Part shown: positions 24,201-37,359 of the stretch, piece by piece | Layout of the letters: the number at the start of each line of letters is the position of its first letter | Numbering within the stretch: the first letter of the stretch is position 1 | From: Tubulanus polymorphus | Lineage: Eukaryota > Animalia > Nemertea | DNA length: 64,000 nucleotides | Direction of reading: 5' to 3' | Assembly (NCBI RefSeq): GCF_964204645.1 | Contig: NC_134025.1 | Coordinates: forward strand, 3,162,001 to 3,226,000 | Notes under the pieces: generated by a model | Seen by the model: the letters and a program-made list of their open reading frames with translations, nothing else | Databases searched by the model: none | Told to the model about the DNA's origin: nothing | Translations under genes and position numbers: made by a program

Positions 24201-27200
24201 GAATGAATGATATTTCTTACTTCTTCGGTATGAAATGTTCTAGTCTCCTTCATCGGACCCAGAATCAGAAATTCATGATCAATAAAATGAAGCAATTATT
24301 ATCAGTTGGATAAATGCTATTAATCAAAACTTAAACATCTTTCATTTGATAGAATTCTTGCAATTTTCATGACAACTCAGCTTTACTAAAGACATGATTA
24401 ATCGTTCTTCATCTCATACATGAACCATTTATCCCGAGTTATACCTCTTCCACGGGAGAACACAAAGGCCGCAACATTTTTCTAGACCCTCTAAATTTTT
24501 CTCAGCATCTTTCATATCCTGATTAATCTGGTCCATTCCTTCTTCAGCGCGATCCAATTGCTCTGCAAGAAAAAGCAACAACTCGAATGAAAGATTACTC
24601 GAAATGATTCGGATTTTTTTCCCCAATATCCATTAAGGGAATGGCGTAATGAAAACCTATAACTGTCAAATATACGAATGATGATAATAAGAATCGAATA
24701 TAACCACATATCATAGCGTGAATGTCAAGAGTAATTACAAAATGAAGGATAATTATCTAAAGCATCCTCACTATTATATTTCACTATTTTCTGCTGGGAT
24801 TTTGACGAATACCGACAGAAAACAGCATGAAATAGTATCGTTGAATGCTATCATATTTTGGTTCGATCATTTCCCAGGGGTGGATCCAGGGGTAGGCTTT
24901 CAGAGAAGCACAAAGAAATGAAAAGCTGAAAATGGGCAAGTTTCCACGCAGAGCGCTCAAGAAGGGGTTTGGAAAATTTTGAAAGTTCAGTTTACTTTAA
25001 TGCAATTTTCAGGCATTTGAGTGACATAAAAGAGAATATAAGCTTAAACTTGTTCAATCAGTTATGGGTGGAAAAATTGCTGTCATTTTTCAAAAGGGCA
25101 CAGAAAAATTGGGAGCCAGTGTTTCCGCCAGAATCCACCAGTTTCCAATATTCTAACGTAACAAAGATACCGTTAACATTTGTCTAAAACCCGATCGATT
25201 TGATTTATACCCGATAAAAATGTTCTAAATGCGAGTGCGCGGAATATTCATCCAATAAGTTCATATGAATCGTAACCCGTACCAACCTACGATTAAAACT
25301 GCTAAACATCACGACATATCGACCTACACAGGTTTACAATTACAATTATTCTATTTTTACAAATTCAATACAAGCAACTCTTGCTATGTTTGAAATATTG
25401 CAGCTATAAACGATAGAATGTACAGTAAAAGGATGCTACTAATTTCGCAAGCCATCCGGCTTATCACTTCATGGGTTTTTACTCACCGCCATGTTCAAAT
25501 TAGACATGCATCTTTATTACCCATATATTATTGGATATGAAGTAGTATTAGTGAGATGAAGTTACGACTATAATAGCCAAGTTGTCATTCGGTTTTGTCA
25601 TTAGGATCGACATAATATTATTCCTCTCTACGCTCCACATAATTCAGCATCGAGAGGATATTGTGCATTGCGACTACAAATCAATATTATCCATCAGTCT
25701 AGACAGGAACCAGGCACTGGAAATATTTGCTTTTTGGAACAACCCTTTTCACTAAAACGCCTAGCGCTTTCTCTTGTGAAAGATGTTGAGTATGTATCTA
25801 AGAAGAATGTTTTCACGATAATGTTTGAGTCCTCGATATCAGAAGACCTTGATAAAAAGCATTATTCGCCGTGAAGAGACTGAAGAGATGTTTCATTGTA
25901 ACCGATAAAATCTGTACTCCATCTAGTCTATATACCCATCACCATGACGTCGTCAACGCGAATTCATGGCATCTTCGAATCGGAATAGAATTTTCAGACG
26001 TCGAATCCCATGAGGACTAAAACATTAGCGGCAAGTACGTATTAGCCATAAAATAGCATACGTTGTTACCATGGTTCTCTATTCACTCGTAATAAAATTT
26101 GTAGCGCAACATTTTGCAATTCATTCCGTATTACGCCGACGGTCACCATCAGCCAGAAATAAATTCTCCGAATGACAACCACATGAAATCATCGCGCGAT
26201 TCTTACCTCCTTGATGGTCCAACATTTGAATTGTTTTGACACCTACATCCTGACTCTAAAGAACACAAAATAGTTGACAACGTTGAAACAAAGTGCTCAC
26301 AAAATAAAAGCATGCGTAGTGAAATTTACTGTTTGACGGACAACAAATGAGGTTATTGCGAAATCTTTCAATTAATAAAAACATTCAAAGAAATCACTGA
26401 CGGTCCAGTTCTACAGTTCGACAGTCGAGATTTGATTCTAGGGTTGAAGAATACGAAATGTGAAAACTGCGGAACTGGCGTCGAAGAAACATGATTTTCT
26501 TTACAAATATTTTGATTTAACAAGTACTCATTGAAAAACGTTAAGGAAATTAATAAACTTATTTTGTGCGGACCAGGAAAAAAAATTCCCTGGAATAAAG
26601 TGCTATAAACGAAAGCATGCATTAGATTTTAAACATTTACTTTTATCTAAAAAATACAACATCGATCGATATTTTACAACGGAGAATATTAAGTTGTCAG
26701 AAGCGATAAAAAAATCTGTAATATTTCTTGTTCCCGTCCTATCAGCGAAAAGCGCTTTTTTCCCGCAATATAAATGTCTACTCGAACTACTCAATCTCGG
26801 GATTTCACCCATAATAAAAAAGCAGAAATTTCATGGCTTCTGACAACTGATGACATTCTACAACACTTATCCAGTGACATAGTGTGTACACATTAAGATA
26901 ATATTCAAACCTACCTCCTTGTTCATCTAACATTACCAGGGTACGAATACCCGCTTCTTTACCCTAATATTCATATTCATCAAAGTATGTTTAATTCATT
27001 TCATCTTCACAAGTATCGCATACGCTACTCATTATCAATGTTTTACACTAAAATCTGGTGAATGCTTGATACCACATCACGAGTTACACCATAATACCAC
27101 GTTATAGTATAGATACTTTATCGCTCAGATTCCTAGACACCGAAGCATGAAAATTTTATACTAAAATTAGACAGCTCTCCAGTTCAATAATATTCTATGC

Positions 27201-30200
27201 TTTTATCGGTCAGAATTTATGTAATTATTGCAATAAGTCTAAAATGGATTTACGGCATTTCATCAACTATGAACTAATGGGATGATATAATCAGTTTTAC
27301 GCATCCACAAATTCTGCCACGCCGCAATAATTATTGGTCACGTAAGGGTCAGAGTCGTCGAGGACAGAGGTTCACGAGAGTGGAGATAAACTACCATAGC
27401 GGATATTCACGACGACATCAGATAATGAGCGACTCTTCCCACCTTGTGGGAGATATAAAAACAACTAATCATATCACAGGTAGATCAGTAAAAATGGGAC
27501 TTACGCGAGAGTAATGGAAAGCAGCATTATGTATTATGAGTGGTTCTCTTGATTCATACAAGGAAATAAACAACCACAGAACAGATACTGAAATCTATGG
27601 ATCTCCTTATTCCAATACTCAAGTCAAATCAGAGATCGCCTAAAATGAATCACACCAAGACTCGATATTTGTGATGACATCAGATATACGTGAAACTTCA
27701 CTCCTCGCGGGAAAAAGAAAGACATAAACTAATCATATAAGGTGTAGATAGGATAAAAAAGCTTCTTCGGGGCTCGCAATATGTTTGTGTCGGTGAAAGT
27801 GGTGGAATAGCTTTCACTCGATGGTATTATAGTCGATGAGGGACTATCTGTATACGCTGAATTATCCATTATGTCACGTTATTTACGATAACGTTTCCTA
27901 TTTTCTCGTATCGCGTTACCGAGCAGCGAATCGATAGGACTCGATGACGACGACGACGCACTTCTTGCTTTCGCGAGCCACGTCCTCTACGCGGCAATGT
28001 TTCAGGTCAAATACTGCATAAATCATTTATTAAGCCCGATGAATACGCGACGGAAATTTCATTATCGCGTCGATCGATGATTAGGTATTGTTCGTATTTG
28101 TCGCGTGTGTTAAATGACATCAGTAGCTGCAACGATACTCGATTCTAAATGGATCAACAGCTACAACTACTGACATAGTCACGCCCAAACAACACAGGAC
28201 CACACTACAGCTATCATAAATAATTAACCCTTTCAGTGCTGACTAATTAATACCCTATAGTGCTGGAGAAAATTTGAAAATTCTTAAAAATTCCACCCTA
28301 GTGTGTTGAACAATGGGAATACCACTATAGTGCGTCTACACCGCAGTGCGGTGTATCGTTAGTTACTAGTATTTCACTATGTTTGACACTTGCTGCCATT
28401 TTTCAATAGAGATAATTACAAATTACTAATTACATCAATACACCGCAGTGCGGTGTACGAGCAAAATCCATCACTGATTTATACACCGCACTGCGGTGTA
28501 GACGCACTGAAAGGGTTAATCATCAAGCATATTTACTTAAAATGAGCCTCATACATCTTTATTTCATCCCTGAACCCCATTGTCACGAACGGATTTAGGG
28601 CCCCATCCCCCCACCCCCGTTCATTGCCAGGCCACATACATTTTCACAGAAAGTGGCAATTTACAGCTGGTCACATTGTGTAAGAATCATTCTAGATGCC
28701 CAAAAACACATATTTTCAAATTACTTCCTCAGGGCCGCTATTCTAAACTTCTGGATCTACCCGATTTAGTACCATGAGCAGGTGATTGGAGTTTCTTTTT
28801 CTGATTGGGAGGAGAGGCCAGAAAAGTTATGTATGTTCTCATTGACCCTAATGGCCACTGTATTGGATCAAATGATGTCTTTTTAAATGCAAGTGTTTCT
28901 CTTGAATTATTTAGATACGTGGTATATTTTTAGATTTCTGGTTTTTTTTTAAAGGAAATCACAATCCACGAACGTCATTGAATGTCATGGTTACATGTAA
29001 ATAAGTAATGGCACTGCGATAGAGCCAAGTGAAATCACAGCACGAACTGACTAACTGACTGACTGACTGGCTGGCTGAAGTCTAAGTCAGGATACACTCG
29101 TGAACGAACTATTATATCCCTAAATGTCTAGCTCCAATAACAGGCACGTTCCAGTCAAAACAATTAAAGCTTTTTGCATGATGAACTTCGCGTTGTAAAT
29201 TTAAGGTAATGCTTCTTCAATTTGCATAAAACCGATCTCATTATCAACAATTCTAATCCGACTATTTACAGCGTCTAAGAAACGGCCATTAAGCAGAGAA
29301 ACTCCCGTCGTAAACTGTGAGTTTATCTTCGAAACTAAGTTAACGAATATGTCTCGAATTCATGGATGATTACCCGAAACAGAATCCGAAAAAAACCATA
29401 TAAAAATCGTAGGAACTAGTGGCAGATCCCGTGGCAAGGTCACGGTCGAACCAATTTTTTAGGGAAGGTTAAATGTAACTCGTGTAAGTGCATTCCGATA
29501 GTTCCATATTGACAGGATTCTTTTTAGGAATCTTCAACGACAAGTTAAAAAATCTTTTCGACAAAATCCTGTCGTTTATGACATAAAAAGCCTCTAGATT
29601 TTAAGGAGACACAAAATATCGTAAGAATCCCTCGATCCAGGCCCGGAAACTGTTTACTTTTACCTCTCAGATTTTACATCGAAAGATTCGCAATCTTTTA
29701 TTACATATATGTAATTGACAGGAACATTATTCTCATAAATAACTGTATGTCAGAAATTCACGGGAGTCACAGACATTTTTGTCGATCCAACATGAAAAGG
29801 GTGGTGAACGACACAAGACAACGCAGCGAACGAGAGAAACAGCTCATTATTTTCCATCCAGTCTTTGATCATTCTTGATGTTCTTTTGAAGCTCGCCGCG
29901 GATTTGTCCCCGTAGATTTCAAAATATCCTCCCTCCCCCCGCCGCAAACCAGACTAACTTTGAAGAAACGGCAGATATCTTCCATCTCTCGCGCGTATAT
30001 GAAATCGGAACCAAGCGCCGGAAAGGATAAATCTTGCGAGGCCAGATACGCTGACCCCGGTGCTTAATGGAAAATCCAAGATCAATAAACTGGCGAACGG
30101 AAAGCGTCGAATCCTCGGGAGAAATGGCAAACTGAGACAGACATGAGTTATCAGGGCAGAAACGGCTGCCGCCAACAACAGATAATTTTTACCACGGCGT

Positions 30201-31946
30201 GAATCCTGATTATGAAAACTGATCATCAATCAGCTGTTCATGATAAATAACGCCTCTCCCGATAACACAAACTATTGATAACCAGCAAACCATTATTGAT
30301 ATAACCAGGGGGGGGAAGGGGAGGGGGCGTACAGCACAATACCACAATACCATAATATCCAAACAATAAAAACAAATGGCTATCAGTCTAGACTTTTGAA
30401 AGAACGTTATTTGCCTTCACAAAAACAGACCAAACACAGGAGGGGGGTCATGCGAGATTTCTATAAGACCCTCAACATTTTCAGTGCCCTGTCGAAAAGT
30501 ATATTGTGTCAAAAATAGAGCAATTTGGCTTTGAAACGGATACTTTGGGTAAAAAAAAACATCACTTTGTTGAAAGTTCCTGAAACAGAGTCCTACAGAT
30601 CAGTCACTCCTGGATATAAGGAGTTTTCAAGGAGAAAATTTCAAATTTTGAAGAAGCGCCCACTTTCCAATTACAGTAGACTCCTCTGAAATTGATACCG
30701 TTTTTCTCAGTAAACCATTAATTCAGTGGTTTTGTAAGCAAATTTTTATCATTTACACTAACTAAACTCGGTTTCTAATTTGGTAACTGCTAATTGGGTA
30801 AAAAGATCCTGGTTCCAACAGTACTGATTTAGGGAGAGTTTATTGAGTAACCCCTGGATTTACCCCTGAAACAGGACTGATATATCTCACCCCTGGATTT
30901 ACCCCTGAAACAGGACTGATATATCTCACCCCTGGATTTACCCCTGAAACAGGACTGATATATCTCACCCCTGGATTTACCCCTGAAACAGGACTGATAT
31001 ATCTCACCCCTGGATTTACCCATGAAACAGGACTGATATATCTCACCCCTGGATTTACCCATGAAACAGGACTGATATATCTCACCCCTGGATTTACCCC
31101 TGAAACAGCAACCAACCGACGTAATCAAATAAATGCAGCGAAGACGGTCACTACGAGATGAAGCTGTTGCTAATTGTTCAGTTGCAATCTTCAACACGAC
31201 GAACGGACGGTGCAACAAGCGACGTCAGTGTCTCATCTGTTAATGTCTGACGAGACAAATCAAATTTCAGAATCACATTATCACCATCGGTGCATTCCGT
31301 TACTAAACTGACACGGCCAATCGGAAATAACATGTTCAATATGTGTGTGAACATAGGAAGACAAACACGCCGCTGAGCAGGTTATCATTAAGCACTAACC
31401 CCCCAAGATACGATGACACAATGAATCAAATTACACGACTCAGTCGGTTAACTCAGATTACCCAGCTGAAATTATCCACTGCTCGTGTTCTGGGCCCGGT
31501 TCCATAGTCGAGACTTAGGTCCAAAAGTGGTCTTTAATCTTAGGAATAATCTTAAGTTGGGTATATCACTAAGTAGGTCTTAGACTGGTCTTAAGTCTTA
31601 GTCATGACTATGCAACCGACCCCTGAAGACTGCGTCACCCGGATCAGGTGGAGGCTATTTGGCCCGGGTCAAACTGGTACGCACCAGACCCCCGATTAGA
31701 GTACATCGAGACATAAATCGATCAAATGATACTAAAATGCTATCAAAAATATGCAGCGGCGAGTGAGGTGAGTGATTTCCAGAACCCGGCGCGGAATGAT
31801 TTGACCCAGCTCAATTTGAGCCTATGTAATCATTAATCATTATGATTGATGAATATCACGATTATAACTGTGAATATCAGCGAAATGGAGTAAAAACTAC
31901 TTAAAACAGAAACGCCAGTGAAAATAGAAAAACTGGTTGAATCCCG

Positions 31947-32013
<67 letters not shown>

Positions 32014-32153
32014 CGAGAATGAGAGGAGATAAGTGGTGTAGTCAATGATGGATTCAAACAGCGTTTATGGTGGTGGTGAATAACGACGGGTGCCTGCCTC
32101 GTGATGTAGTATCTTACAAATTTATCGATATATTACTTATACATAGCCGTTTA

Positions 32154-32201
<48 letters not shown>

Positions 32202-35200
32202 AAGCACTCGTGTTTAATGATCCTGAATAAATGAAGCATACACTCGGTGTATTATATCGCAGTTTATTATATACGTCAGTCGTGTTAACTTACCTCTTCA
32301 CATAATGCCAGCATACGACGAGTCGTCTCCAATGACTGAAAATATAAAACACATCGGTATCAAAAACGTGAATTAAATACTGAATATATCGGTAATAATC
32401 TACTAATCATACATGCAGTTTATAATGACAGTCTAACAGGCTCGGACCAGACCCGAGTCAAATTTGGCCCGTAAGTGAATCACTCACTCATTACTAAACG
32501 ATGCCGCAGCAAGCGAGGTGAGTCATTTCCAGACAGTTTTTGGTCAGGCCAAACAGGCTCGGACCATTATGACACCTACGCGATCAGTTTGGCTCCGGTC
32601 AAAAATGCTTGTGCGATCGGGGCTCAAATATTGCTTAAAGAACTATTAACCCTTTCAGTGCGTCTACACCGCAGTGCAGTGTATAAATCAGTGATGGATT
32701 TTGCTAGTACACCGCACTGCGGTGTATTGATGTAATTAGTAATTTGTAATTATCTCTATTGAAAAATGGCAGCGAGTGTCAAACATAGTGAAATACTAGT
32801 AACTAACGATACACCGCACTGCGGTGTAGACGCACTATAGTGGTATTCCCATTGTTCAACACACTAGGGTGGAATTTTTTTTAGAATTTTCAAATTTTCT
32901 CCAGCACTATAGGGTATATATTAGTCAGCACTGAAAGGGTTAAGCTGAGCATTGGTATATACAGAAATGGGTAATTATGAAATGTTGATTAAAGAGAGTA
33001 AGGGGCTATGGCTAATGATTTGAAGTGATGTAACCCTTAATTACGAATCAATTCTACTGATATCAGATTCAATATACCGATTCATGTTGTACTCGATAAG
33101 TTTTGGAGCTATGTAATTAATTTTCTGCCAACGTCCCATCGCCCATAGTCAATGTCGTAATTAGTGCATCTACGAGCGCGTGATTTAGTGCAAATCGCTC
33201 GGTTACTGTCAGACACAAGACATCCGGAATAAGAGATGACGATTCTATTTCTGTCTCCGGTATCAGCGGGATTTAAAACGATCGCAGCGATTTCGGATAT
33301 TTTAGGAATGTTACGTCACAGCGTGGTCCAAACTGATGATTCGTAAGATCAGTTTTTCAAGAATGCTTTTTCAATGAGTTTAAGTCAATCAGGTCATTAT
33401 TTTGTCTCTATTTTTTAGTCCCACTTTGAAATTCCAAGTCAGTCGTCATTTGGATAAATTGTCAACATAATGATGACCAAAAGCCCAAATCTTTATCACC
33501 AACCAGACAGTAAAATAGAGTTCGGAAATATAGCGACTTTTAGACTAAATTGAATTCGATCATTCTCATTGGTGATCAAGATCAAGGTCATCAAATGAAA
33601 TGCTGAGAATCTTTGACCATTTCTGATCTAAGAGCGCTCTCCGCGTTCAAGCATTCTAAGTAAATAAAAACATCGGTACATTTCCGGCGGGGAAATTGAA
33701 ACCTAGATCGGGGAGAACAGTCTCTCTGTTTTCTATCCTGTTCGGCTGAAATAACTTGCAGACGAAAAACGGATATGCGAAAAGAGGATTGATACTCGTA
33801 ATCATTGATCTCATATCTGACGTTTACCGCGGAGTGTTGAATATTAACATCGAGAGGATTATCGCGACCTCTTTACATTACCATATAGAAAGAGACAGTC
33901 AGAGATTTCATCATTCATCGCAGTCGACAAATATCATTATACGATGAAAATAATATATATATATATACATGAAAGATGTATCGCTTGATCGTCGGAGACG
34001 TTTCCAAACTTACTTCAGTTGTGCCATCGTCGATCTGTTGTTGAAGTAACTCGCCGGGTGATAAATTAGCGTCGTGTTCCCTTTTCAAGCGTTCCTCCTC
34101 GGTCTCCTTCGGTTCCTCATTCAGTAATCCACTGAGACCCGGCACTTCGAACACCATTATCGAATAATAGCTTTACCACAAATTACGGAATTACGATTTC
34201 ACGATATGCCTCGAAACGCGCGGGTTTTTCACTCTAAATCTACAATTTCATATCCTCGCGATCTTCCGTTTTTGATTCTATTCCATTTCCGTCGATCTTT
34301 TCATTATCCTTTTTTTTTTCGAACGAAATTCTTCCGCGTTATTTCCTCTCGTCGCGACACATGCTTTCAACGACGACGACGACGACGAATATTTGTGCGA
34401 TTGCGCGCGCGTGAACCCAAACTAAAACGGACGTAGCGACGACGACGTTGCCTCTATGCGAAGTTGCACATTCAAATGAAAATCCATACACGACGAGAGA
34501 AGGCCGATCTAATGAGACCCTATCAGCACGAACCCGCGAACGACGATGCTTTGCGAGCCGGTTGACACGATGCTTCTAACGTCGACGCCGTGTGTGACTC
34601 GATAGCTGCTGCATATTCGGTGAAACACGAGCAGCGAGCGACATGATTGTTTTAAAATTCGCGTATGAACGTACACGGGGGACGTGTCGTCTCACATGGC
34701 AGAAGATATCGCCGCGGTGTTTCATCTATAATTTATGAAACGAGCCACCATCAGTATTCACGAATATAACATTCTAGAAACAGACTGTAGAGAGCTAGAA
34801 ACTCGCCCGGTATCAATTAACGATGTTAATTCAATAATTCATGAGTATGTGGACCATGTGTGAATACACTAATACAATAGATAACTAATGAGACGAGTCC
34901 GGTGAGTGTCACTTCATAACCTATAGGACCGACCATCGGGCTAATTTCATCGACGGAGAGTTTGAAGATGAATTTCGAGATATGCGAAAAACCCTACTAT
35001 AATCAAAAATCTCAAAAGGATCAAATGTACTTTGAAGATGCGAATGGAATGTAAATAGATATATCTATATCAAATAGGTTTTTTTTATGGGGGAAAGCCT
35101 TAAGTAGCTATGGCAACGAAGGTCATAACGAACGACTAGGAGAGGCCATTTATCAAACAACTATGCTCATGTAATGACCAATTTCGTCTGGGAAATGGGA

Positions 35201-37359
35201 TGAATTCCCAATGTTCAATAGCCCCAAAAGTATTGCGCTAATCACTAACAGTTGTATATTTACGACTCCGCTAAGATTGCTTATTTGCTCCAACAACGAT
35301 CTATCATTGCTACGATCATTTTGATGATCGCGAAAATATCCGCATATCCTTCATATTATTATTAGCGAACATTGTAGAACATTCGAAAATAATAAGCTTC
35401 ATGAAATAGTTTCCTGTCCGTATTGAAACAATAATAAACAGTAAAATCCTTCTAATCTTTGACGATGACTGTTAGGCTCTAGTTGAAATGTCCTAAAACG
35501 GGATACCGGCAAGGCTACTGAGGGAAGGGAGGATTCAGCGATAATCCACCAGGATCAATAGTGGTGCTGGGTTACCGCGCTTCCCATACACTGAGGGAGA
35601 AAGGCAATCTTATATTTATCCGATGACTTCGCATTTGGAAGCCTAAAAATCAAGTTCAAATTTCATTGAAGATGAACTGATTTTCACTATGAATGACCCA
35701 CTGTTTTGTTGCGCCATCTGGTGGTGCCCGCATCCCATTGTACTAACTACTAGCGCAAGGAAAACCATATCCGATTATCTTCTGGGATTCGAAATTCAAC
35801 TTATCGATTCATATTCTGAAATTTTACGACTTCAGAAAGATTCGTACCATTTCGGAAGCGCTACAAGCCAAGTCTACTCACTATCAGTAGTGGCCACATC
35901 GGAAAGTGGTAAAATTTCATAATGTATTAAGCGATCAAAACCGGGCATCCATTACAGTATGACTGAGACATTTGACGAAGCCAATCTGAAAAGTACAAGC
36001 TTTATCGCAAGGCTACACGACTGATGGATGAGTATTTCTGTATTATTCAAGCATTAGTCTCACGACGGATATGTCACAATATGCATGTCGGGTAATACCT
36101 CCAATCATTCAAGGCAGCAATAACATAAACCATAAATCTTTATTGTTCATACATATGAAATATTCATTCGTGAAATTTTCCAATTTCATATCGGAAACTG
36201 TCAACCGAATTCATCAAAAACTGCATTTTAACAGATACACGCGTAAAATATCAATTTGAGCCGACATGAAAATTTAATTGGTCGAAATAATGGTAGAAAT
36301 AACGGAGCGACATCGCAAGCAACAATACGATATTCGAAACAATTTAGGCAGCATCTGCATAAGCAGCAATAAATGTAATTAGTTATGCACATGTTTGGTC
36401 CATTGGGATATATGTAATTTGTAGAACAACTAAATGAATACTTGAGTATGAGAAGGGTATGATTAGAGAACGGGTCAGATGACTGCGCAGACCAGTAACA
36501 CCTCACTACGTCCATATTGCGCAAACACAGAGGAATTAACGCTACGGAAATAATCGTAACATTATTCAGATACGAATTGGAATAACTAGTGATTGAGATG
36601 TGAAGTTTCTCGGTTGTTCATTCATGAGCGCCGTGAATCTAGACTGTATCACGGTATCCGCAGATTCCATCAGGATTATCACCATATATCTTCCCTATAC
36701 CGAGGTCATCTACAGTACATTCCATACGAGATAAGTACGAAAAGTTCATCTGTATCTATTCACTTTTTATAGTCTTTACGCAATTTCTAAAACATATATT
36801 CTATAACGTGACTAAAAGACAGCAAAATCTATCAATTTATACTTCAAATGATAAACAAATATAGGCGAGTAGCGCACAGCTGTGTAGAATTAATTCTCAT
36901 TTTCATGATTTGCGATGTCATTAAACTGTATTGAACCGACACCTGTTGGGAGGAAATTAGAGTAATCGATCGCATTAGTGATTATTTCCATCGACAGAGC
37001 GCGCCACTGGCTAGTCACGCGTACATATCGAACGGAATGATCGAGTTACGAATGACGTATGGCCGATACTCGATGATAGATCGCTGCAGGCAATTAACTG
37101 ATCTGATTCGTCCGCAAGAAAACACGCTTCGAACGGAGGATAGAACAGTAGTAAATTGCGGGGAACTCGTTTCATACGAGAATTCACCATCTCCGACAAT
37201 GCTTCAAATAACATATACCTATATAATCCCTTGGGCTGAATATTCGAAAAATAGAACGCCCAACATTTAAAATTTCTCACTTACTTCATCAGTAGTAGTG
37301 TTCATTTTGAGCTGGAGCTCAGCCAGCTCGCTACGCATTTCATCATCAGTCTTCGACAT
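21217..37359 (-). CDS. SNAP25: SNAP-25/SNAP-23 family Qbc-SNARE; exons 37359-37285 (or 34157-34014), 32335-32294, 26963-26915 (or 26255-26207), 24562-24445, 23778-23641, 22681-22537, 21282-21217
   Basis: [24 protein letters not shown], palmitoylation cluster [21 protein letters not shown]...[34 protein letters not shown]. Exon sizes 42/49/118/145 match my recollection of vertebrate SNAP25. Confidence 0.95.
26207..26255 (-). CDS. SNAP25: SNAP alternative exon 4b ([16 protein letters not shown])
   Basis: tttag acceptor, gtaaga donor, 49 nt, phase 0 to 1, paralogous to 26915-26963. Confidence 0.85.
26915..26963 (-). CDS. SNAP25: SNAP alternative exon 4a ([16 protein letters not shown])
   Basis: attag acceptor, gtaggt donor, 49 nt, canonical SNAP-25 sequence. 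Confidence 0.9.
28228..28515. mobile_element. piggyBac-type MITE, copy 1
   Basis: TTAA target duplication, TIR CCCTTTCAGTGC, three internal palindromes TACACCGCA(G/C)TGCGGTGTA. Confidence 0.88.
30851..31108. repeat. Minisatellite, 39-bp unit x ~6.6
   Basis: Unit CCCCTGGATTTACCCCTGAAACAGGACTGATATATCTCA. Confidence 0.95.
31492..31623. mobile_element. Short MITE-like element
   Basis: Imperfect TIR GGGCCCGGTTCCATAGTC / GACTATGCAACCGACCCC. Confidence 0.5.
31951..32013. repeat. (GA)n microsatellite
   Basis: Directly visible. Confidence 0.95.
32157..32197. repeat. (AT)n microsatellite
   Basis: Directly visible. Confidence 0.95.
32650..32939. mobile_element. piggyBac-type MITE, copy 2, inverted relative to copy 1
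   Basis: Near reverse complement of 28228-28515; TTAA on both sides. Confidence 0.88.
34014..34157 (-). CDS. SNAP25: SNAP alternative N-terminal exon 2b ([10 protein letters not shown]...[20 protein letters not shown])
   Basis: ATG plus 47 further codons ending at a phase-0 GAA|gtaagt donor, in frame with exon 3; CpG-rich DNA upstream at ~34200-34720. Confidence 0.8.
37285..37359 (-). CDS. SNAP25: SNAP alternative N-terminal exon 2a ([25 protein letters not shown])
   Basis: tttcag acceptor (exon begins 37384), ATG at 37359, phase-0 GAA|gtaagt donor; resembles SNAP-25 MAEDADMRNELEEMQ. Confidence 0.88.

Noticed and set aside
25481-25540. Minus-strand donor GAACATGGCG|gtgagt as a third exon 4
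   Set aside because: An in-frame TAA lies just upstream and there is no acceptor at 49 nt.
30829-31218. Repetitive ORFs ([12 protein letters not shown].., [13 protein letters not shown]..) and a CRISPR-like appearance
   Set aside because: These are translations of a 39-bp minisatellite. There are no unique spacers or cas genes, and the site is a eukaryotic intron.
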